Shown here piece after piece: positions 33,601-40,756 of a DNA stretch of 64,000 nucleotides. The DNA is from a virus. Both the position numbers and the translations under genes were made by a program. A model generated the notes under the pieces. That model ran no database searches and was not told where the DNA came from. It worked only from the letters and a program-made list of their open reading frames with translations. Within the stretch, counting starts at the first letter, position 1, and each line of letters opens with the position of its first letter. The stretch lies in the IMG/VR virus record IMGVR_UViG_3300027771_000011, positions 9,556 to 73,555 of that record. The stretch is one strand, 5' to 3'.

Positions 33601-36600
33601 AAGATGGAAGTCTGATTGATGACGTTGATTCATCAGAGTCTGAAGCAACATCTTCCATTCCCCCTGCTGATGCTCAGCCAGAAGTGGATTCATCTATGGG
33701 TGATAACTTCATGGCAGTGCTAAGAAAGCATGGCACTAGACCTACTCCAGACGAGACGGCAAGTGGTAAGAAGTTTATAAACCTCAAGAGTAGTGTGGCC
33801 AATAAGGAAACGATCCAAGCTACGCTGGCAAGAATTCTTCCTAAGCAAAAAAATGGTGATGATAGTAAATTCTCTAAGCCAATGAAGGTTAAGGGTACGA
33901 AGAATGAGTGGTTCTTCTATGTATGGAATACAGATCAAGCTAAACAGATAGCTGCTGACTTAGAGAAACGAGGAGTGAACTACTCTCGACAGTCAGTAAA
34001 TGAAGTGGCTCGTGGCTTATCAGGAAAAAGTGTTAAGGACATTGAAGGTTGGGTAGGTAAGTCGATCTTGGATAAGATGAATAGTCTTGGTCATAAGGTT
34101 GAAGTCGTTCAGTCAGTCGCTGACATTCCACCCATGCCATTAGCCTATGATCCAATGGTTAAGATGACGGTTATAGATCAAGTTAATGCTGTGTTTGATG
34201 AGGTGCGTGAGGTTAAAGATCTAGTATCTGGTAAGGATGCCGTGGAGGTTGCTGAAGCTGTTGCAGCATCCGCTCCTAACGCCTTACATAGGGACATTGC
34301 TGCAAAGGTAGCTGTTCAGCTTAGACAGTTAAGGGACTTAGGTTCAGACGTTGGGTTCCAAGTCCTTCAAGTAGGGGACTCAGCCCCATCTAATGTTAAG
34401 TCTACGATCCAAAGTGGTGCTAAAGGATTAACTGTGTCTGCTGACCCTCGGCTAGTGGCTGCGGGTAATCTATCTGGAAAGGTTTACATTGTAGGGGACA
34501 CTGTCAGTAGCAGTAAAAATGGATTGGATTTTGAAACGATCACTCACGAGTTGGTTCATCTTTCCACAGCGGCTTCGCATGTGGCTGGCCGAGTTCCGGC
34601 AAATAAAGACACTCCTTATGCCAAGTTATTTGATGATATGGAAAGCCTAATGAAGGTGGTTAGTGCTCATGGTAAGCGTCAGAAAAATAACATAGAGAAC
34701 CTACCCAAGTTCCAGCAGGATTTACTGAATGGATATAATAATTCTGCTGAAAGTGGCAGGGAGATCATGGCGTGGGGTCTAACTAATGGGGACTTCCAGA
34801 CGTATCTAGAATCTATTCCTCTTAATGATAACAAGACAGCGTGGGATTCTTTTGTTCAGAGTGTTCGTGAGTTCTTAGGGATTAATCCTAATGATGGCAC
34901 AGCACTTTCAGAAATGCTAAGGATCTCTAATGAAACATTGTCATTAGATCTCAATCAGGTATCTGAACTTCTTAACAGTAACATCTCCCCTGATGACGTT
35001 TCGGTTAATAAGCCAATGGCTATTGATCCTAATGCGAAAGGAATGTTCATACCTTCTAGAGGCATATCATATCTTGTTGCTGACAACCTACACTCCAAAG
35101 CGGAGACCCGCAGTACATTCAGTCATGAAGTTGTAGGCCACTACGGTATGCAGCAGATGATGGGTAATGAGTTTGGTTCATTACTTGATACAGTTCAGGA
35201 CATGAAGGCTAAGGGTGACCCAGAAGTTGTGGCTGCTGCTAAAGTAGTTGAGACAAGAAGCGGTAACCTAGGGCGTGAGGAAGAAGCTGAAGAAATAATT
35301 GCGGTACTGGCTGAAGACTTAGCCTCTAGATCTTTCATGACTAAAGTGTATGACGCAATTCGTATGTGGATCAAGCGTACATTCTCCAGCAACTATGTAG
35401 TGTCCAACAGTAATCTTAGAGACCTGTTGCTTGATGCGCAACGTCATGTGTCTAAAGATGTTAGTAATGAATCTGTAGCACCTCAGACTGCGAGTGAGAT
35501 CCTTTACTCGAAGGTATCCAAGATGGATTTGCCTAAGCAGTTAGAGGTATACACTGACGCTCTAGAGAATGTTCACGAATCTCTGGGTGGACTAGCTAAG
35601 CAGGACTTTATTAACTCAACAAAGGACGGAGCTAGTGCAATACTTAATCAGAACAAGACTCGTAATTTCCTACAGTACTGGTTAACAAATACTCAGATAC
35701 ACCGCACTTATAAGTCAGCGTTTGATTGGAAAGGTGGTAACCCACTTAAACGAATCAATGATTTACTCGGTGAGTTCCGAGTTGATAAGGAGAGGGCGCT
35801 TCATGGTTTCGAGAAAGAAGAAAAGATTTGGGACAAGCTCAGTGCCAAAGAATCTAACTCACTAGCCAGCTTAATGAGGGACTCTACTATTGCTGGCATT
35901 CATCCTAATGTTAGTGTTGAAAACAAAGTACATGACTACGTCCGAGAAGATAAGAAGAAACTTGACAGAAAGAAGCTAAAGGATAAGCCAACAACAACTG
36001 ACTTGGATGATATTGTTCGTCTGGAAGAGAGCATTAAGTTCATGAAGGAGGAGCACGCTCGTCTGTCTCGAGAGTGGAATAAGCTTTCGGTTAACGCAAA
36101 GACGGTGTACGAAGACACTCGTATCATGTTGAAGAGTCAGTTTGAGCAAGAGCGAGAAGAGTTACTTAATCGTATAGATAGACAGATTGAAAGTCCTGTT
36201 CATCGTGAGTCAGCCAAGAAAGCATTGGAAACCCGAATGGGTGATTTGATTACTCGCGGCCCATACTTTCCTTTATCCAGATTTGGAGATCATGTTGTGA
36301 TTGCTTTTGCTGACATCAATGGTAAGCGAGAGTTTGTTCGAGAGCAGTTCGAGAGTCGGAGTGAAGCTGAGCGTGCGCTTAAATGGCACAAGAGCAAGTG
36401 GGGTGAGAATAATGCTCGTATGACTTATATGGCTGATATGTCTAAGACCTCTAAGTCTGACGACTTGTTTGCATTCAGAGACAACCTTTTCACTGCACTC
36501 GATGACAACCGTGATGAAACTTTAAGTGATGATCGTATGGATGATGATGCCAAGGCAGCTATACGAAAATCAACAGAGCTGCTGAAGAATGAGATCAATG

Positions 36601-38600
36601 ATCTTATGCTCAACACGTTACCGTCTAGTTCAATCATGCAGAGGAGACGCCATCGTCATGGCACTAAGGGTGCGTCATCTGATATGCGTAGAAGCGTACA
36701 GAATGTCATGCTTCAATCAGCTCAGCAGATTTCTAAAATCAAATACGCTGATCGTATACGCTCTGAATTGAATGACATCGGTATTGAGAATCGGAAGTTC
36801 GCAACCGGTGATCAGTCTGAAGTTAAACAACAGTACGCTGACGTTGTCAGTGCCACTCATGCTGAAATGTCTAAGCGTTTCGAGTTGACTATGAATCCAA
36901 CTGGAGCAGCGTGGGCATCTAACGCAGGTCGCTTAGCTTTCTTCCAGTACTTAGGTTGGTCTCCAGCCGCAGCGATAGTAAACCTCACTCAGGTTCCAGC
37001 AATATCAATACCTGTTATCGGTGCGAGATACGGCATGGCTAAAACTACGGGTGTGTTCTTGAAAGTCATGACTGATTGGCACATGGGTAAGAGCGAACTA
37101 TCGACACGAGAAGCGTACAAGTCTTTTGCTAGAGACGGCAACAAGAATGTCACGAAAGATGAGCAGAACTTTATCAAGGTTCTAATAGACCGAGGGGATA
37201 TAGACATCACTCGCGTTGGTTCGATTACTGAAGAAGCTCACTCTGATCAAAGAACTCCCAGTGTATTTGGCACGAAGATGCAGAAGCTGATGCGCACAGG
37301 TGCGTACATGTTCCATGGTGCAGAAATGTCTAACAGAGAGGTGACTGGATTAGCTACATATAGACTGATCAAAGATAAGCACCCTGAGCTTTTTGTTGGA
37401 TCGACCTTTAATAGTAGTGAGAGCATGTCAGAGAATGAGCTGAAAGTTTATGAAGAAGTTCGTGAACTTATCGGCACGACTCAGTTCCTGTACGAGTCTG
37501 AGAACCGCCCTAGAGCTATGCGTGAGAACAACATTATTCGCACCATGACTACGTTTAAGATCTATGGACAGCACATCATATACATGTATGCACAGCTGGG
37601 CAGAGAAGCTTTGGGAAGAGATAAGTCTCTCTCACCCGAGAAGCGTAGAGAAGCACAGAAGGCGCTGGCTGGTCTTGTTGCATTCCAGATGCTGGCAGCA
37701 GGTGCAACTGGTGTACTACCTATAGCTGTAGCTATATCTATGATGAGTGCGGCTTACAACATGTTCGCTGATGATGAAGAAGAGATCGTAAGCCCCGAAG
37801 CTTCATTCACCCAGTGGATAGATGACATGGTGAAGGGAGCTTTCGATGACGATGAAGCAAAGTTTATGAGTGCTTTACTAAGTAAGGGGATAGGTAATGC
37901 CTTGGGTGTAGACGTAAGTAGTCGAGTATCTCAAGACACCAATCTATTACTTATGATGCCTGACCGCCCGATGTCTAGCGGCAAAGAGTTGTACAAAGAA
38001 GCGTTATTAAGTTTAGCTGGCCCCGTCTTTGGTGGGATCGGTGTCAACGTAGCTAACTTTGCTCAAGATGTTTACGAGGGGAACCCAACTGAGAATCTAA
38101 AGTCGGTACTACCTAAAGCCCTCCGTGATATATATAAGTCGGTTGATTACTCGCAGAACGGAGTGAAGACGCGCAATGATCTTGATGTAATTGAATCTCT
38201 GGACACGAGTGACATTGTCATTCAAGCGATGGGATTTACACCAGAAGTTGTTTCCTCTACGTACACCCGAGCATTCGCTAGGCTGAACAAGTCGCAGCAT
38301 ATCGCTGGTGTTAGAAGGGATATTTTAGGGGACGTCTATACGGCATTGTCCGATGGAGATAAGGGTTCAGTGGAAGAGTCTCTTGCGCAAGTCACGAAGT
38401 GGAATGAGTTTGTCATGGAGAAGCTGAAGTCTATTAAAAGTCCTGCAATGAAAGCTCTGTTCCTGAAAGAGTTGATCACAAGCAAGACTATATCCTCAAG
38501 CCTCAAGACAAAGATGATCAGAAAACTTACGGCTACAGAAGGAGTTGTTCTTCCGAAGAAGCACATGTATTTAATTGATGATTATACATTCGGGACTTAA
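24675..38600 (+). CDS. 4641-aa polyvalent internal virion protein (ParB-like, three zincin/MPTase domains, Strawberry-notch-like SF2 helicase, PLxRFG)
   Basis: VISGRHR; HEILAHYG, HELVH, HEVVGHYG; ADGTGFGKT, DEAH, YATATP, GGTGINL, QLIGRVSR; YFPLSRFG. Confidence 0.85.
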   Translation: MSSLYLSQMRQNPQYQNIPVDQLARMVYDQDAELQDISFEQFMPIFNDTGEVAQAAPAAQQMNPAPAEEMGYGQIGLDSIDAAQSGFLNASAGLAEGVGGIYKWATGEESETAGDIAGYLRDAGEDQIQQMSESGRNQMQNFGVEYSSEDGPSMREGSTLVGGLLNIASGVGSSIPYLVPGGLGAKVLSQSGRAVGGTIIPSLARKQAMNLPAGRIPQSLSMAAVGGTGLGGETKNQAYQKAYNSPAEELNKTPAYQAAYWEIADTYKAQGTKVSHAQIEEMARTAVAEAAGDDAFKDGFQLGAVSMGALGPMFLNNVLGRVKGGFIKRAASGASIEGTQELVESGGQAYLSNLAVNENANSSIQPMDNVVSEGLTGALIGAGTGGSMSLAGGFGSKAVGITKEKDMPGYFREQERLRKEGIVAEKEQAAMDAESVEPAVEEGVELVEDTETPTGAAETPTETLGEALADAEEQAALPAEESADSPDRPESSEVDPVEETTVEESPEKANYRADLQIALDIALAQSKNRKLTPEARQAASDRIAGIQDEINKLDETLASTELDLEIETPTPVTPASNPALTKRILEWSKVQPDKASDRYDEQRVYKDAIIRELKSLMKMEVGSDQAFRKEESIRMMEEKFDALAPTPLNEVPRWQQALEEEDAVTEAQLQEYGQMEAGTVDSSTEVQDDVTGDNLYGVFANQETNPFASIDLFGRLQPIKEDGIAIDLKGVVRDNMNSLRANGTPDNKNLDRKTVNNILTKDAERIEALTKTSAINMVVRSQYKKINKELGKASADYYIESLGRGMGLFSNPTPTKLAMYDEYVEGLNDNVVPLTYEVWESTILQKGKAPSLTAKKPSPQPVEEPVEASESVSAEVAPIQKTADDFQDDGTYYRVVVGDTSFQDIVDSGEVRTNASSKKPRKADGKIDLSSRPTKWPSFSKDSASMDYAGKNEDHYIVVTNDPSIQPSKQGRHGKGTTQFPTDANGNPMESLSGDAISVYKHTGNGNYELVYNRGQVVSKPDSDPTPTKKAIPASQVKTEAKGTTVADKKSSGNQAVLEENEESVIDELPVDVPVLGKQVVEVLISDLTLSEDVPQFKDGADSEGVVDPLGGTFDRTGVAPIQIWLREDGRKEVISGRHRLDLAKRSGETTIPAQYHLESEGFGAAEASILDALLNIREGQGKVKDYVGFIQARNLTEEEADAEGILARPTGKRAYTIASQGSPALVAAHRADQIGDNAASLISQAAPNNEPLQAVGLKALQEGKSITVSVNIVKAVNSMTRDTAQESGDLFGFDDSAMKEAENLARKAGQKQAEIQRTLTAVTGAAKNPELAAAEGVDVQDPEAVQARVAELKDQKREWQNWHTNPALVAELTGNEVAAPVVEVTADEVSAPAVEATDSEVTEPIVAEATDDEVAAPALELSNQTEEELATKAGRDLDAGETKEQVDREVDGFSLDGGVSLTTQADPAQNPQSNDLFEGNPDVNEVEVEVESTPSTDEVVNPSVADPVADTTEVVAEENTDVENDVLNDVVPADRGAVPEGEQESITLYGLEADGSTSNNDPTDLINDVRVLQFVTRDDGLKLALYVGDKDTSDTDAVVYKSMDKAEAASKDLESKGLGLYRPTMYKKRFALNALIVAKNQSTDVPMVYSNKDSSDQAKNRMKSKEAYDIQESGAGKFYIVTTRDSMDKEGKKDNEASNYDSITEVRNNLQEDIEENVPSYVLSQTTNEKFPNQPQLFMLEGKTDNLLKYVQGNQIDDLSNVAEELLDVKSKEKSKTLIAAVEFATGRIDTINASLKKKEQQNKIVLEDGKSELKAVSIMFRSVNKFESKVNEDGSLTLFGNNKDLERFLSKNKLTEGQQPVYGTLNEGEFSVSEEQSGTVIGIKVPKTTATKLKGKLENKALYFVDGEVEGAAYVVNPSKPLLQKKDLTVNLEEGRVVIPEKEGRSEDEIQEDIEIGRANAMESKASDPVVDRQSYESVRDELAGMRDAETQEISNFLDGTATSDVGGASTKNATEFFDSIGDGDYGFVSQDEVTNSAEKSAQKDSDEKVEADPADADLIEELLGDLREATGIIDDPKTTAADRKTTEGLARKIEEDLVALNAGDQFIKISAKGSVTEAKNQPVEKPKKKKVANPKKKTTEDNSESPFDMFNTLLNDYPPLYVSRRQLKGMTGMSVEDVQAVIDKFEAKYNGIPDIKYMVADIPLDGGQASLSGMAGGVPTGSFDAKNKLVTLNSAGLNNVAEVESVLRHEILAHYGLSVFPTLEERMDILTKVSKAEGQNEELTKIFKEVRKSYSARTDAWKERGATDESIEAMVAEEVFARVAEERDQSVFGEAWDAIVSYVMKALRKVGFYDHYTKSDVRRTLQSFGKQFTQADVETSLQVNAQVQEVKFSIPPEDGVAGVNSSLDKLLAKVNARKEKDDKAKEAKSAKIGAQQIFDQRASLETEAKPSARPTERLEKDLNLAEGRAPAVEVMPDLIPDRAKVSDHSSVYSDSLDAGQRMGVDLAMTTMMEKGSRGFLLADGTGFGKTRQILAMADQFKKATGQKVLILTENEPTLKKNFADDAASMGIDMKQFKTGTYNSFKDGGQRNGIKPEFDQEWGMVIFDEAHNLKNYNTLQAKAARRLSKSKVVYATATPMDRPSAGAYMWADVMGQSYKEALDNLGMKLVNGPKVKVDGKYVEGNKVVELKKGISPKMAIERVAIMRNSAIKSGRMIKRYYPFFGTTSEIKVEMEQQSRLDQDDIDNYWQGEINSGSGSPKNLRGQRILELVKWEEHLKIDAVMDKLKEDLSKGMQVVVAAETVSEDLIVKGLEGGRVSGFISLIEGRLDAENIDYVSIKGKTTPAQRAKSVEEFQSGNIPLMVMTTQAGGTGINLDDTVGDKPRSLIMVTKNWSGSKVMQLIGRVSRKTTQSPSVVNVVSLEGGLADAHKSAVVSRKLKTLLSSSGEPSILEDLDATEWNDVRDSNKNYVGSKDGSLIDDVDSSESEATSSIPPADAQPEVDSSMGDNFMAVLRKHGTRPTPDETASGKKFINLKSSVANKETIQATLARILPKQKNGDDSKFSKPMKVKGTKNEWFFYVWNTDQAKQIAADLEKRGVNYSRQSVNEVARGLSGKSVKDIEGWVGKSILDKMNSLGHKVEVVQSVADIPPMPLAYDPMVKMTVIDQVNAVFDEVREVKDLVSGKDAVEVAEAVAASAPNALHRDIAAKVAVQLRQLRDLGSDVGFQVLQVGDSAPSNVKSTIQSGAKGLTVSADPRLVAAGNLSGKVYIVGDTVSSSKNGLDFETITHELVHLSTAASHVAGRVPANKDTPYAKLFDDMESLMKVVSAHGKRQKNNIENLPKFQQDLLNGYNNSAESGREIMAWGLTNGDFQTYLESIPLNDNKTAWDSFVQSVREFLGINPNDGTALSEMLRISNETLSLDLNQVSELLNSNISPDDVSVNKPMAIDPNAKGMFIPSRGISYLVADNLHSKAETRSTFSHEVVGHYGMQQMMGNEFGSLLDTVQDMKAKGDPEVVAAAKVVETRSGNLGREEEAEEIIAVLAEDLASRSFMTKVYDAIRMWIKRTFSSNYVVSNSNLRDLLLDAQRHVSKDVSNESVAPQTASEILYSKVSKMDLPKQLEVYTDALENVHESLGGLAKQDFINSTKDGASAILNQNKTRNFLQYWLTNTQIHRTYKSAFDWKGGNPLKRINDLLGEFRVDKERALHGFEKEEKIWDKLSAKESNSLASLMRDSTIAGIHPNVSVENKVHDYVREDKKKLDRKKLKDKPTTTDLDDIVRLEESIKFMKEEHARLSREWNKLSVNAKTVYEDTRIMLKSQFEQEREELLNRIDRQIESPVHRESAKKALETRMGDLITRGPYFPLSRFGDHVVIAFADINGKREFVREQFESRSEAERALKWHKSKWGENNARMTYMADMSKTSKSDDLFAFRDNLFTALDDNRDETLSDDRMDDDAKAAIRKSTELLKNEINDLMLNTLPSSSIMQRRRHRHGTKGASSDMRRSVQNVMLQSAQQISKIKYADRIRSELNDIGIENRKFATGDQSEVKQQYADVVSATHAEMSKRFELTMNPTGAAWASNAGRLAFFQYLGWSPAAAIVNLTQVPAISIPVIGARYGMAKTTGVFLKVMTDWHMGKSELSTREAYKSFARDGNKNVTKDEQNFIKVLIDRGDIDITRVGSITEEAHSDQRTPSVFGTKMQKLMRTGAYMFHGAEMSNREVTGLATYRLIKDKHPELFVGSTFNSSESMSENELKVYEEVRELIGTTQFLYESENRPRAMRENNIIRTMTTFKIYGQHIIYMYAQLGREALGRDKSLSPEKRREAQKALAGLVAFQMLAAGATGVLPIAVAISMMSAAYNMFADDEEEIVSPEASFTQWIDDMVKGAFDDDEAKFMSALLSKGIGNALGVDVSSRVSQDTNLLLMMPDRPMSSGKELYKEALLSLAGPVFGGIGVNVANFAQDVYEGNPTENLKSVLPKALRDIYKSVDYSQNGVKTRNDLDVIESLDTSDIVIQAMGFTPEVVSSTYTRAFARLNKSQHIAGVRRDILGDVYTALSDGDKGSVEESLAQVTKWNEFVMEKLKSIKSPAMKALFLKELITSKTISSSLKTKMIRKLTATEGVVLPKKHMYLIDDYTFGT

Positions 38601-38623
38601 CAAGAAATATTTAAGGAGATTCA

Positions 38624-38902
38624 ATGAGCATTGAATACAGAGGTGAGAGATTCGAGGGGTATAACAAACCCAAGCGAACACCTAGTCACCCAACAAAATC
38701 ACATGTGGTTCTGGCCAAAGAAGGATCTGAAATTAAAATGATCAGGTTCGGTGAGCAGGGTGCGAGTACAGCAGGTAAGCCCAAAGCAGGTGAGAGTGAC
38801 AAGATGAAAGCCAAGAGAAAAAGTTTCAAAGCAAGGCATGCCAAGGGTATCCAATCGGGGAAAATGTCAGGGAGTTATTGGTCTAATTTGGTCAAGTGGT
38901 GA
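38624..38902 (+). CDS. Small basic phage protein
   Basis: GYNKPKRTP...IRFG.QG...RKSFKARH...YWS...W motif; AAGGAG RBS. Confidence 0.75.
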   Translation: MSIEYRGERFEGYNKPKRTPSHPTKSHVVLAKEGSEIKMIRFGEQGASTAGKPKAGESDKMKAKRKSFKARHAKGIQSGKMSGSYWSNLVKW

Positions 38903-38909
38903 GATAGTA

Positions 38910-39089
38910 ATGAAAGCCAAATCAAAAGTAAATGAAGCGGGTAACTACACTAAACCTGCTTTGCGTAAGAGATTGTTTAATAAAATCAAAGCAGGAACTA
39001 AGGGTGGTAACGCTGGGCAGTGGTCAGCACGTAAAGCACAACTCTTAGCCTCTGAGTACAAGAAAGCTGGTGGAGGTTATCGTGATTAA
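38910..39089 (+). CDS. Basic protein, DUF5872-like N-terminal half
   Basis: YTKP.LR..L...IKAGTKGG.AGQWSARKAQLLA.EYKKAGGGY. Confidence 0.75.
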   Translation: MKAKSKVNEAGNYTKPALRKRLFNKIKAGTKGGNAGQWSARKAQLLASEYKKAGGGYRD

Positions 39090-39321
39090 GAAGCCACAGA
39101 AGTCTCTTAAGAAATGGACTAAGCAGGAGTGGGGGACTAAGAGTGGTAAGCCCAGTGCTAAGACAGGTGAGCGTTACTTGCCTAAAGCTGCTATCGCTGG
39201 TCTAACTAAAGCAGAGTATGCAGCTACCACAGCAGCAAAAAGAGCAGGTACAAAAGCAGGTAAGCAGGTTGTAAAGCAGCCTAAGAAGATTGCAAATAAA
39301 ACAGCTAAGTTTAGAAAGTAA
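39082..39321 (+). CDS. Basic protein, DUF5872-like C-terminal half
   Basis: QKSLKKWTKQEW.TKSG...ERYLPKAA; GTG start after GGAGG. Confidence 0.7.
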   Translation: MIKKPQKSLKKWTKQEWGTKSGKPSAKTGERYLPKAAIAGLTKAEYAATTAAKRAGTKAGKQVVKQPKKIANKTAKFRK

Positions 39322-39333
39322 GAGGAAGTTATT

Positions 39334-39513
39334 ATGCCAAATGTAGGTGGAAAGTTTTTTCCGTATAGCAAAGAAGGGATAGCTGCAGCGAAGAAAGCAG
39401 AGGCTAAATTAAAAGCTGATGCAATGATCAAGGCAAAAGCAAAGCCCAAAGATAAAAATAAGAAAATGGTAAAGCCAAAAGCTAAGGCTAAAGCAATGAA
39501 GAAGGGGTATTAG
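39334..39513 (+). CDS. 59-aa Lys/Ala-rich protein (not in ORF track)
   Basis: MPNVGGKFFPYSKEGIAAAKKA...MKKGY*; GAGG RBS. Confidence 0.7.
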   Translation: MPNVGGKFFPYSKEGIAAAKKAEAKLKADAMIKAKAKPKDKNKKMVKPKAKAKAMKKGY

Positions 39514-39549
39514 AATGGCAGCAAATATGAAGCACTTCTTGAAGAACGG
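39495..39549 (+). repeat. 55-bp direct repeat, copy 1
   Basis: 51/55 identical to 39813-39867 by manual alignment. Confidence 0.9.
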
Positions 39550-39569
39550 AAAATTCTAGAGGTAGGGTA

Positions 39570-39848
39570 ATGACAACATCACTGAGAAAGAAACTTGAGA
39601 AGGACGCTGCTCGTTATCGCTATTTGAGGGACACTCAAAACAACGGCTGTAGAGATGTTGATTGGGATAATAGTGATGAGCCGAATAGGGTTGGTGTTAT
39701 TGATCACATATTTATTTATTTGGGGGATGGTGTGTGGGACAGTGATGCTGACATGATGGATGAATCCATCGATAACGCAATGCTTTTATTTCCAAAAGAA
39801 GCGGAAGAAAAAAATGAAGAAGGGGTATTAGAATGGCAGCAAAGATGA
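39570..39848 (+). CDS. Acidic hypothetical protein bracketed by the direct repeats
   Basis: DAARYRYLR motif common in small phage proteins; GAGG RBS. Confidence 0.7.
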   Translation: MTTSLRKKLEKDAARYRYLRDTQNNGCRDVDWDNSDEPNRVGVIDHIFIYLGDGVWDSDADMMDESIDNAMLLFPKEAEEKNEEGVLEWQQR

Positions 39849-39867
39849 GGCACTTCCTAAAGAACGG
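39813..39867 (+). repeat. 55-bp direct repeat, copy 2
   Basis: See copy 1. Confidence 0.9.
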
Positions 39868-40003
39868 CACTGAATGGAAAGGTGACATTCACAAGACCGG
39901 TACGATGGCTATGACGGGCGCGAAGCATACGTCTTCTAGCAAGAATCTTTTTCACATGAAAGATCTTTCAGCTTCAGCAATGGCTCGTGCAAAAAAGAAA
40001 TAA
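39833..40003 (+). CDS. 56-aa basic protein (not in ORF track)
   Basis: MAAKMRHFLKNGTEWKGDIHK...TGAKHTSSSKNLFH...KKK*. Confidence 0.65.
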   Translation: MAAKMRHFLKNGTEWKGDIHKTGTMAMTGAKHTSSSKNLFHMKDLSASAMARAKKK

Positions 40004-40475
40004 CTTGAGACCTGAGAGCAACGAAGATAAGAAGGCGTGGTGCGAATACGGAGACCGAACTGAGTTAGAGTTTGTGTCAAAAATGTTGGCATCGAAGTGC
40101 AGCGTCTTCATGAATCCCGCAAAGGAAGAGAACAAGTTCACACATGATTTTTTCATTGTGATGCCGTCTGATCTCAAGACAATACGAACTAGATTCAGGA
40201 CAGCAGATCGCTATGGAATTCCTAGTCACTCAGCTATCACTCTGAACAAGAAAGATGTGGATAGGTACGATGATAAATACCCACACATCATCATCATCTT
40301 TGATGTGAAGTACGAAGATTTTTCTCGGGTGTGTTACGCCCCGATAAGAGACATAAAGAAAGCGATTCGCAGGGGTGCCGCAAAGCTGCACACCTACACA
40401 AACAGAGTGAATGACACGCAGGGTAATGCAAAAGAATCGTGGGTGTTAGACTCCATGTGGTTTAAAGAAATATAA
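39987..40475 (+). CDS. Putative PD-(D/E)XK-fold nuclease-like protein
   Basis: G..TE..F helix then HDF...DLK; start uncertain. Confidence 0.45.
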   Translation: MQKRNNLRPESNEDKKAWCEYGDRTELEFVSKMLASKCSVFMNPAKEENKFTHDFFIVMPSDLKTIRTRFRTADRYGIPSHSAITLNKKDVDRYDDKYPHIIIIFDVKYEDFSRVCYAPIRDIKKAIRRGAAKLHTYTNRVNDTQGNAKESWVLDSMWFKEI

Positions 40476-40482
40476 GTTCTGC

Positions 40483-40511
40483 TTGACGCGCAGAATGCCA
40501 GTGAGTATCAT
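40483..40511 (+). promoter_or_regulatory. Sigma70-type promoter reading toward the att core
   Basis: TTGACG-17 bp-TATCAT; 17-bp palindrome at 40478-40494 overlaps the -35. Confidence 0.55.
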
Positions 40512-40670
40512 GCGCTTGCTTTACAAGAAGACCAGAAAGTTTTGGACTTACTGTAACGTAAGTTACTGTAGTATAACGTGACACAACGTACTGATTGACA
40601 CGCAGAAATGCAGGTAATATCTATACGATTGTTATATAAATCAATGACTTAGCTAAATGGGCTACCCTTT

Positions 40671-40715
40671 TTTACACGCAGAGGGTCGGCGGTTCAAACC
40701 CGTCATCACCCACCA
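40671..40715 (+). tRNA. 3' half of tRNA-Val(TAC), the att core (not a complete tRNA)
   Basis: TTTACAC-GCAGA-GGGTC-GGCGG-TTCAAAC-CCGTC-ATCACCC-A-CCA, closely resembling the 3' half of gammaproteobacterial tRNA-Val(TAC); no D-arm or 5' acceptor strand upstream. Confidence 0.85.
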
Positions 40716-40731
40716 ATTACTTATTAAAATC

Positions 40732-40756
40732 AGACACTTAGCGGTGTCTTTTTTTT
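40732..40756 (+). terminator. Terminator downstream of the att core (would terminate the reconstituted tRNA at attL)
   Basis: AGACAC-TTAGCG-GTGTCT stem followed by a T run. Confidence 0.75.

Noticed and set aside
24675-38600. Calling the giant protein DarB or a virion RNA polymerase
   Set aside because: No methyltransferase (NPP(Y/F)) or RNA polymerase motifs recognised.
40640-40715. Complete phage tRNA gene
   Set aside because: No GGGTGAT acceptor 5' strand, D-arm or 5' anticodon stem upstream; only the att core is present.
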